A stretch of 64,000 bases of DNA. Origin: Gemmatimonadetes bacterium 13_2_20CM_2_65_7. GTDB lineage: Bacteria; Gemmatimonadota; Gemmatimonadetes; Gemmatimonadales; GWC2-71-9. The position numbers and the translations under genes were made by a program. The notes beneath the pieces were generated by a model. The model ran no database searches. It saw only the letters and a list, made by a program, of their open reading frames with translations, and was not told where the DNA came from. The DNA lies in the NCBI GenBank assembly GCA_001915025.1, contig MNDR01000010.1:948-64947 (forward strand), written 5' to 3'. Positions 56,045 through 62,773 of this stretch are shown piece by piece; the stretch's first letter is position 1; each line of letters opens with the position of its first letter.

Positions 56045-56902
56045 CTAGGACAGGAAGCTTTCCAGCGCCCTCGCTCTCGAGACGTGGCGCAGTCTCGCCA
56101 GGGCCTTCTCCTTGAGTTGGCGGACGCGCTCGCGTGTGATGCCGAGCTGCGAGCCGATCTCTTCGAGCGTCATCGGCTCCTGGCCTTCGAGGCCGAAATA
56201 CAGCCGGAGGATGCGGGCTTCGCGCTCTTTCAGCGTCGCGAGGACCGACTCGATCGACTCGGTGAGCGCGTGCTCGAAGATCTCGTCGTCCGGACCGGGA
56301 TTCTGCGTGTCGGGGAGATAATCGAGGAGCTTGTTGTCCTCACCCGGCGTGAGCGGCGCGTCGAGCGACAGATGCGCCTGAGAGATCGACAGCGTCTTGG
56401 CGACTTCCTCTTCGGAGATGTCCATCCCCTCTGCAATCTCTTCGACCGTCGGCTCGCGTCCCAGCTCCTGGAGCAACGACGCCGAGCGCTTGCCGATGCG
56501 GTGCAAGGTGCCCGCGCGATTGAGCGGCACGCGCACGATCCGCGACTGCTCGGCCAGCGCCTGGAGGATCGCCTGACGGATCCACCAGACGGCGTAGGAG
56601 ATGAACTTGATGCCTTTGGTCTCGTCGAACTTGTGGGCGGCGCGGATCAGGCCGAGGTTGCCTTCGTTGATCAGGTCGGAGAGCGAGACGCCTTGATTCT
56701 GGTATTTCTTCGCAACCGACACGACGAACCGCAGGTTGGAGCGCACCAACTTGTCCAGCGCCTCCGGATCCTGTTGCTTGATCCGCTGCGCGAGCGTGAC
56801 CTCTTCCTCTCGCGTGATCAGCGGATATTGACTGATTTCCCGTAAATACTGATCCAGAGATCCCTCGTCAAATGATGCGCGCTTCGCCGTATTCAGTTGC
56901 AT
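56045..56902 (-). CDS. Short RpoD/SigA-family sigma-70 factor lacking region 1.1
   Basis: SLDQYLREI, NLRFVVSVAKKY, DLINEGN.GL, KFISYAVWWIRQAI, TLEEIG...TRERVRQ. Confidence 0.93.
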   Translation of the reverse strand: MQLNTAKRASFDEGSLDQYLREISQYPLITREEEVTLAQRIKQQDPEALDKLVRSNLRFVVSVAKKYQNQGVSLSDLINEGNLGLIRAAHKFDETKGIKFISYAVWWIRQAILQALAEQSRIVRVPLNRAGTLHRIGKRSASLLQELGREPTVEEIAEGMDISEEEVAKTLSISQAHLSLDAPLTPGEDNKLLDYLPDTQNPGPDDEIFEHALTESIESVLATLKEREARILRLYFGLEGQEPMTLEEIGSQLGITRERVRQLKEKALARLRHVSRARALESFLS

Positions 56903-56935
56903 GGAATGGCCACTCCTCTCGGGGAAGCTACCACC

Positions 56936-57706
56936 CTAGCGGATCAGCGAACCAAGCCGGCTCCAGCGAATGTCCATCAACCACGGCAGCGCATCGCGCG
57001 TGCCACGGTCATAACTGAAATAGACGAGGAGCGGGCGTCCCTTCACGGCGCTCTGGTCGACAAAGCCCCAATAGCGGGAATCGGACGAGTTGTCCCGATT
57101 GTCGCCCAGTACGAAATACTTCCCCATTGGGACACGCAGCGGACCCCAGGTGTCACGCGTCGGGTGATAGCGCCGCCGCTGCTCCTGCGTCCCCATGAGA
57201 TACTCGCGCTGCCAGTTGAATTCGGAATCGAAGCCGTCGTGCAGCGGGTCGACGCGCTGTACATACGACTCCTCCAGCGCGCGACCGTTCACGTAGACCT
57301 GGCTTTGGCGCATCTCGACGACGTCTCCCGGCTCGCCGATGACGCGCTTCACGTAGCTCAGTGTCGGATCCTTCGGGTACGCAAAGACCATCACGTCACC
57401 GCGGTGCGGCGTGTGAAATGCCGGCAGCCGCGCATTGGTGCCGGGAATCTGCGCCCCGTACACCGCTTTATTGACGAACAAGAAATCCCCCGCGAGCAGG
57501 GTGCGTTCCATACTGCCTGAGGGGATTTGAAATGCTTCGAGAAGGAAGGTGCGAATGATGAGGAAGAGCACGACCGCCATGCCGAGCGATCGCATCCAGC
57601 TGTCGAACCAGCGGCCTAATACGGAACGGCGTGTTGGAGGAGGCGACGGGAGCCGTGGGGATGGTTCTGCGCCGTTTCCAGCGAGTGGGGCTCCCAAGTC
57701 AAGCAT
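56936..57706 (-). CDS. lepB: Signal peptidase I
   Basis: IPSGSME.TL..GD, YVKRVIG.PGD, GDNRDNSSDSRYWG. Confidence 0.96.
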   Translation of the reverse strand: MLDLGAPLAGNGAEPSPRLPSPPPTRRSVLGRWFDSWMRSLGMAVVLFLIIRTFLLEAFQIPSGSMERTLLAGDFLFVNKAVYGAQIPGTNARLPAFHTPHRGDVMVFAYPKDPTLSYVKRVIGEPGDVVEMRQSQVYVNGRALEESYVQRVDPLHDGFDSEFNWQREYLMGTQEQRRRYHPTRDTWGPLRVPMGKYFVLGDNRDNSSDSRYWGFVDQSAVKGRPLLVYFSYDRGTRDALPWLMDIRWSRLGSLIR

Positions 57707-57716
57707 GTGACTTATC

Positions 57717-57962
57717 TTAGCAATGCGGCCCGCACGGCGCAACAGTTACGCCCCATCCTCGGGGCCCAACCCACTGCCTGACCCTGACTCGGAATTCGGT
57801 CACCGGGTCGTGATGACGTACGCGGGCGGCCAGACACGCCACTCGACCTTCCCGCTCGATGCGAGACCATGTGACGGTCGTCTCCGGTAACGCGTCGAGC
57901 GCGTCACGTTCGAGGCTCGCGCCACCCGTCGCGAGAATGACGACCACCGACTCGTGCTCCAC
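57717..57962 (-). CDS. Small hypothetical protein (81 aa, ends CGPHC)
   Basis: Fills the gap between moeZ and lepB on the same strand; no family recognised. Confidence 0.5.
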   Translation of the reverse strand: MEHESVVVILATGGASLERDALDALPETTVTWSRIEREGRVACLAARVRHHDPVTEFRVRVRQWVGPRGWGVTVAPCGPHC

Positions 57963-58034
57963 GATCCGACGATGGCAGGTCGGACGTGAGCAGCATCACC
58001 ATTTCGCCGCCGCGCGGATCGAATTACAGCGATC

Positions 58035-59183
58035 TCAATACCGCGGCAGTGTCGGATCCACCTCCTCGCGCCAGCGCAGAATCCCGCCGGTCAAATTCGT
58101 CACGCGCGGGAATCCCGCGTCGGCGAGATGCGACGCGGCCGCCCGGCTGCGACTTCCGCCCTTGCAGTAAACGACAACCTCGCGGTCGCGATCGAGCGTC
58201 TCGACCACGTCCGGTAACGTCGCCAGCGGCACGAGCCGCGCGCCGGGAATGCGGGCGATGTCCCATTCGAACTGTTCCCGCACGTCGATCAACTGCAGCT
58301 CTTCTCCGCGTGACAGCCGGCTCTGCAACTCGCGCGGCGTGACCTCGACGAATCCACCGACGGCTCGCGGCTCCGCCTCCGCCGCCCTCACGCCGCAGAA
58401 CTGCTCGTAATCGATGAGCGCCTGGATCTCGCGCGTACCACACGCGGGACACGTGGGGTCCTTTCGAATGTTGACCGTGCGGAACTGCATCCCGAGCGTG
58501 TCGATGAGCAGCAGCCGGCCCGCGAGCGGCTCGCCGACGCCGACGATCAGCTTGATCGCTTCCGTCGCTTGAATCGTCCCCACCAGACCCGGCAGCACGC
58601 CCAGCACGCCGCCCTCGGCACAGCTCGGCACCAGGCCGGGCGGCGGCGGTTCGGGGAAGAGGCAGCGATAGCAGGGTCCGTCGGGCAAGGCGAAGACCGA
58701 CGCCTGTCCCTCGAAGCGAAAGATGCTGCCGTACACATTGGGCTTGCCCAGCAGGACGCAGGCGTCATTGACGAGATAACGCGTCGCGAAGTTGTCGGTG
58801 CCATCGACGACGATGTCGTACCCACTGAGGATGTCGAGCGCGTTCTTCGAGGTCAGCGCCGTCTCGTAGGTCTCGAGCCGCACGTGCGGATTCACATCGG
58901 CGATCCGCTCCCGCGCTGACACCAGCTTGGGCCGGCCCACGTCCTTGGTGCCGTGCAGGATCTGCCGCTGCAGATTCGTGACGTCGACGTTATCGAAGTC
59001 CACCAGACCAAGCGTGCCGACGCCGGCCGCGGCCAGGTAGAGCGCCGCGGGCGATCCCAACCCACCCGCGCCGATCAGCAGCACACGAGCGGCCTTCAGC
59101 TTCTCTTGACCCGGAACCCCGACGTCGGGAAGGATCAGGTGCCGGCTGTAACGCAGCAGCTCGGCTGGGGCGAGAGTCGTCAT
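58035..59183 (-). CDS. moeZ: MoeB/ThiF E1-like adenylyltransferase with C-terminal rhodanese (MoeZ-type)
   Basis: RYSRHLIL, GAGGLGSP, NLQRQ, DGTDNF, CYRC...SCAEGGVLG, CPAC; rhodanese DVRE...YCKGGSRS...GGI..W. Confidence 0.93.
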   Translation of the reverse strand: MTTLAPAELLRYSRHLILPDVGVPGQEKLKAARVLLIGAGGLGSPAALYLAAAGVGTLGLVDFDNVDVTNLQRQILHGTKDVGRPKLVSARERIADVNPHVRLETYETALTSKNALDILSGYDIVVDGTDNFATRYLVNDACVLLGKPNVYGSIFRFEGQASVFALPDGPCYRCLFPEPPPPGLVPSCAEGGVLGVLPGLVGTIQATEAIKLIVGVGEPLAGRLLLIDTLGMQFRTVNIRKDPTCPACGTREIQALIDYEQFCGVRAAEAEPRAVGGFVEVTPRELQSRLSRGEELQLIDVREQFEWDIARIPGARLVPLATLPDVVETLDRDREVVVYCKGGSRSRAAASHLADAGFPRVTNLTGGILRWREEVDPTLPRY

Positions 59184-59186
59184 CGC

Positions 59187-59462
59187 TCAACCTCCTGCGA
59201 TCGCCGGGACGACGATGATCTCATCGCCGTCGCGCACGCTCGCCGCAAATCCGCCCTGGAGTCTGGCGTCGTCGTCGTTCACGTAGAACGTCACGAAGGC
59301 ATACGGCTTGCCGGCGGCGTCGCGCAGACGCGGTGCCAGTCCGGGGAACCGCGCCGCAACGTCGGCGACGACGTCGCCCAACGTCGATCCGTGGGCTTCG
59401 AGAGAACGCCGGCCATCGGCGAGTTTTGCGAGGACCGCTGGTAGCTGTAGTGTGACGCTCAT
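59187..59462 (-). CDS. MoaD/ThiS/CysO-like ubiquitin-fold sulfur carrier
   Basis: 91 aa, MSVTLQLP..., YVND.D, ends in exposed IAGG; ATGA overlap with thrB. Confidence 0.92.
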   Translation of the reverse strand: MSVTLQLPAVLAKLADGRRSLEAHGSTLGDVVADVAARFPGLAPRLRDAAGKPYAFVTFYVNDDDARLQGGFAASVRDGDEIIVVPAIAGG

Positions 59463-60403
59463 GATAGCTCCGAGGAGACAGGTTGAATCACTTGAGCAAT
59501 GCGAGTCACAGTGGCGCCCGGAACAGGATGAGTGCTCCGGATCAACTCCGCTTCTACTCCTGCGGTGCGCCACGCCGCGATCATGGCGGCACCGACCGCA
59601 GAGGACCGCTCGCGCGGCGCGATCGCGAGGATGGCGGAGCCGGCGCCCGACAGCGTCGCGCCATACGCGCCGGTTTTTTGCGCCGCAGCAACGACGGCAT
59701 CGTAGCCGGGAATCCGTCCGCGCCGGAACGGCACGTGCAGCACGTCGTCGAGCGCGGCGCCGAGCAGCGCGCCATCGCCCGTCGCTAGTCCCTGCACCAG
59801 GGCGGCCGCTCGGCTCGCAGCCAACACTGCATCGGTGTGTGGCAGTGTCTTGGGCAGTACCGCGCGCGCGGCTTTCGTGTCGGAAGGAAATGGCGGCACC
59901 GCAAGCAGCAACTCGAGACCCCTTGCGACACTGAGGGGCGTCGAGACCAATCCCGAGGATGTGCGCACGCTCAACACGGCGCCGCCATGGACCGCCGTCG
60001 CGACATTGTCGGGATGTCCTTCGATAGCCGCGGCAATCTCGACGACCTGTTGGCGACTCAGGTTCACCTCGAGCACGGCATCGGCCAGCAATACGCCGGC
60101 GACGATGGCGGCGGCCGAGGAGCCGAGTCCGCAACCGACCGGGATGTCCGACGTCGCATCGATTGCCGCTCCAGTCGCCGGCGCACCGGCGACAGCACAC
60201 GCTGCACGGAACCCGCGAGCGAGCAAGTCCTCGGCGAATGCCACCGAAACGGCGGTCAGCCGTCCACCGCGGCGGATCGAGATGCCCGTTCCTGCTGTCG
60301 GCGTGACGGACGCGACGAGCCACCGGTCCACCGCGACGCCGATGCAGTCGAAGCCGGCACCCAGGTTGCTCGAGCTCGCAGGCACGCGAACGTGCGCTGT
60401 CAT
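59459..60403 (-). CDS. thrB: Homoserine kinase (GHMP family)
   Basis: VPASSSNLGAGFD, IPVGCGLGSSAAA, EGHPDNV, LSGAG. Confidence 0.93.
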   Translation of the reverse strand: MTAHVRVPASSSNLGAGFDCIGVAVDRWLVASVTPTAGTGISIRRGGRLTAVSVAFAEDLLARGFRAACAVAGAPATGAAIDATSDIPVGCGLGSSAAAIVAGVLLADAVLEVNLSRQQVVEIAAAIEGHPDNVATAVHGGAVLSVRTSSGLVSTPLSVARGLELLLAVPPFPSDTKAARAVLPKTLPHTDAVLAASRAAALVQGLATGDGALLGAALDDVLHVPFRRGRIPGYDAVVAAAQKTGAYGATLSGAGSAILAIAPRERSSAVGAAMIAAWRTAGVEAELIRSTHPVPGATVTRIAQVIQPVSSELS

Positions 60404-61656
60404 GATCTTTCGCCCTTCACCAAAGCGCGCACCTCTGCGACGCGTGGCGCGATGAGGGGCGCCTGACGCAACACTGGCGACACGGCGTCGATCGTCTTCA
60501 GCCCATTCCCCGTGATGCACAACACGACTTCGTCATCGGGTGAAAACCGGCCTTCGGCTGCCAGCGCCAACGCCGCGGCGACCGTGACGCCGCCCGCCGT
60601 TTCGGTGAAGATTCCGGCCTCCTCTGCCAGCAGCCGGATCGCCCCGACTAGCTCGGCATCCGACACCGCGGCGGCCCAGCCACCGGATTCGAGAATCGCG
60701 CGCTTGGCAAACAAGCCATCGGCGGGATTCCCGATCGCGATCGACCGGGCGATCGTCTGCGGGACCACGGGCGTGATGGCGTCGGCGTTCTCACGCACCA
60801 GCCGCACGATCGGCGCGCATCCCGCCGCCTGGGCGCCGAAGATGCGGGGTGCGCCTCCGCTCACGAGCCCCGCAGCGCTAAACTCCTTGAACCCTTTCCG
60901 CAGCTTCGTCACGAGCGAGCCGCCGGCCATCGGCGCGACAACCGCCGTGGGCAAGCGCCACCCCAGCTGTTCCGCGATCTCGAACGCGAGCGTCTTGGAA
61001 CCCTCGCCGTAATAGCCGCGCAGGTTGACGTTCACGATGCCCCAGCCAAACAGATCCGCCACCTGCGCGCACAGACGATTGACGTCGTCGTAGTGACCGC
61101 GCACGCGGACCAGCCGCGCGCCGTAGACCGCCGTCCCGACGATCTTGGCGACCTCGAGATCTTCCGGAATGAAGATCCAGGATTTGAGACCGGCGCGCGC
61201 CGCCTGCGCGGCGACGGCGTTGGCGAGATTGCCGGTGGAGGCGCAGCCGATTGTGTCGAGCCCGAACGCGGCAGCCGCGTTGATGGCCGTCGCGACGACG
61301 CGGTCCTTGAAGGACAGCGACGGATGAGAGACCGCGTCATTCTTGACCCAGGCACGCGCGACACCCAGCCGCGCGGCGAGTCGCGGCGCCTCGACGAGCG
61401 GCGTGCCGCCGGTATCGAGCGACAGCACGGGGTCACCGTCGAACGGCAGCCACTCGCGGTAGCGCCACAGCGACCACGGACGCGCGGCGATCGCGTCCCG
61501 CGTGGGAAGCACGCGCGCGGCATCGAAGACAGGATCGAGCGGGCCGAGACATTGCTCGCAGACCGCGATGGGAGCCGGATCGTGCAATGCGCCGCAAGCG
61601 CGGCAGACCTGCGGCCACGGCCGCAACGCCGCCGGCGGGGCAGTAGTGGTCGTCAC
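60400..61656 (-). CDS. Threonine synthase-like PLP enzyme (probable O-phosphohomoserine sulfhydrylase, MetM-type)
   Basis: N-terminal CxxC...CxxC, SFKDRVV PLP lysine, CASTGNLA, NVNLR.YY.EGSKT, AIGNPADG, ETAGGVT, TGNGLKT. Confidence 0.85.
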   Translation of the reverse strand: MTTTTAPPAALRPWPQVCRACGALHDPAPIAVCEQCLGPLDPVFDAARVLPTRDAIAARPWSLWRYREWLPFDGDPVLSLDTGGTPLVEAPRLAARLGVARAWVKNDAVSHPSLSFKDRVVATAINAAAAFGLDTIGCASTGNLANAVAAQAARAGLKSWIFIPEDLEVAKIVGTAVYGARLVRVRGHYDDVNRLCAQVADLFGWGIVNVNLRGYYGEGSKTLAFEIAEQLGWRLPTAVVAPMAGGSLVTKLRKGFKEFSAAGLVSGGAPRIFGAQAAGCAPIVRLVRENADAITPVVPQTIARSIAIGNPADGLFAKRAILESGGWAAAVSDAELVGAIRLLAEEAGIFTETAGGVTVAAALALAAEGRFSPDDEVVLCITGNGLKTIDAVSPVLRQAPLIAPRVAEVRALVKGERS

Positions 61657-62558
61657 GGCGCGGCCTCGACGGCCGGCGTTGGTCGCGACGGCAGTCGCCG
61701 TGCAGGACGGGTTTTGCGGGCCGTGCGGATCAGCGCCTCATCGGCGGGATCGAGCGGATAGCAGTGTTCGGGCCCCGGAAACACGCCGGCACGCACGTCG
61801 CGCGCGTAGTCGCGGAAGGCACCTTCGACGGCGCTACCCACTTCGGCATATCGCTTCACGAACTTGGGTGCGATCTCGCCGACGAAGTTGCCGAGCAGGT
61901 CGTGCGAGATGACGAGCTGCCCGTCCACGTGGGGACCGGCGCCAATCCCGTAGACGAGCACGCCGGTGCGCTCGCGCACGAACGCCGCCGTCTCTGCGGG
62001 CACAGCCTCGAGCAGAATCGAGAACACGCCCGCTCGCTCCAGTGCCTCGGCGTCACGCAGCAAGCGCTCCGCGGCCGCCAACGATTTCCCCTGAACGCGG
62101 TAGCCGCCGAGTTGACCGAGGCTTTGCGGCGTGAGACCCAGATGACCCATCACGGCAATGCCCGCATCGACCATCGCGCGCACGCGCCGCGCGACGCGCG
62201 CGCCCCCTTCGCACTTCACCGCGTCGCACCCCGCGGCCACGAATGCCCCGGCGCTGCGGATCGCGGTTTCGTCGGAGGGCTGGTAGGACAGGAACGGCAG
62301 GTCGCCGATCACGAATGCGCGCTGCGCCGCGCGCGTCACCGCCCGAATGAACACCAGCATTTCGGCCATTCCGATCTGGAGCGTACTGGGGAGTCCGAGC
62401 ATCGTCATGGCCGCGGAATCGCCCACGAGGATCATGTCGACGCCCGCGCGATCGGCGAATGTCGCGGTCGGATAGTCGTAGGCGGTGACGAACACCGCTT
62501 TCTCATCGCGGTCCTTCAACCCCGCGAGCGTGGCGACCGTGACTTTGCGTGTGGGCAT
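61653..62558 (-). CDS. panB: Ketopantoate hydroxymethyltransferase-family protein (PanB paralogue)
   Basis: TAYD, LVGDS, DLPFLSY, KCEGG, GHLGLTPQ, LE, GIGAG, DGQ; first gene of the SAM-riboswitch operon, with no panC nearby. Confidence 0.9.
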   Translation of the reverse strand: MPTRKVTVATLAGLKDRDEKAVFVTAYDYPTATFADRAGVDMILVGDSAAMTMLGLPSTLQIGMAEMLVFIRAVTRAAQRAFVIGDLPFLSYQPSDETAIRSAGAFVAAGCDAVKCEGGARVARRVRAMVDAGIAVMGHLGLTPQSLGQLGGYRVQGKSLAAAERLLRDAEALERAGVFSILLEAVPAETAAFVRERTGVLVYGIGAGPHVDGQLVISHDLLGNFVGEIAPKFVKRYAEVGSAVEGAFRDYARDVRAGVFPGPEHCYPLDPADEALIRTARKTRPARRLPSRPTPAVEAAP

Positions 62559-62590
62559 AGACCCCCCGACCCCCCGGACAGCTCGAGACG

Positions 62591-62616
62591 AAAACAGCCG
62601 CTCAACTGAGCGGCCG
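62591..62616 (-). terminator. Intrinsic terminator/attenuator in the riboswitch leader
   Basis: Minus strand CGGCCGCTC-AGTT-GAGCGGCTG followed by TTTT, about 30 nt before the panB ATG. Confidence 0.6.
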
Positions 62617-62674
62617 CGGGAAGCGACTCCCTGAAAACAGCATCGCCCGGACCAATAAAGCCGCGGGCGAGTCG

Positions 62675-62724
62675 CTTTTTAGCACCTTGTTTAACGTGGC
62701 GGCAATACGCGGCAAATGACCACG
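62675..62724 (-). ncRNA. SAM-II (SAM_alpha-like) riboswitch aptamer
   Basis: Minus strand CGUGG-UCAUUUGCCGCGUAUUGCCG-CCACG-UUAAACAAGGUGCUAAAAAG: P1 stem plus the AUUU, UUGC and GCUAAA pseudoknot elements of SAM-II. Confidence 0.88.
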
Positions 62725-62743
62725 AGTCTTCAGTTGTAAGGGT

Positions 62744-62773
62744 AGTCTACCCCTCCGGTTCCCCTGCCGTCAA
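62744..62773 (-). promoter_or_regulatory. Sigma70 promoter of the SAM-riboswitch operon
   Basis: TTGACG-18 nt-TAGACT; predicted +1 near 62737, about 13 nt before the aptamer. Confidence 0.65.

Noticed and set aside
58035..59462. moaD-moeB as molybdopterin or thiamine biosynthesis
   Set aside because: No moaA/C/E, moeA or thiG nearby; the genes are coupled to thrB/thrC-like under a SAM riboswitch.
59187..60323. 378-aa ORF ending in a MoaD domain as a large ubiquitin-like fusion
   Set aside because: Its upstream part is an alternate frame of thrB; the real gene starts at the ATGA overlap at 59462.
60400..62558. Plain threonine plus pantothenate operon
   Set aside because: No hom/thrA, panC or panD, no Thr-codon leader peptide, and SAM control fits neither. 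Not excluded without assays, but disfavoured.
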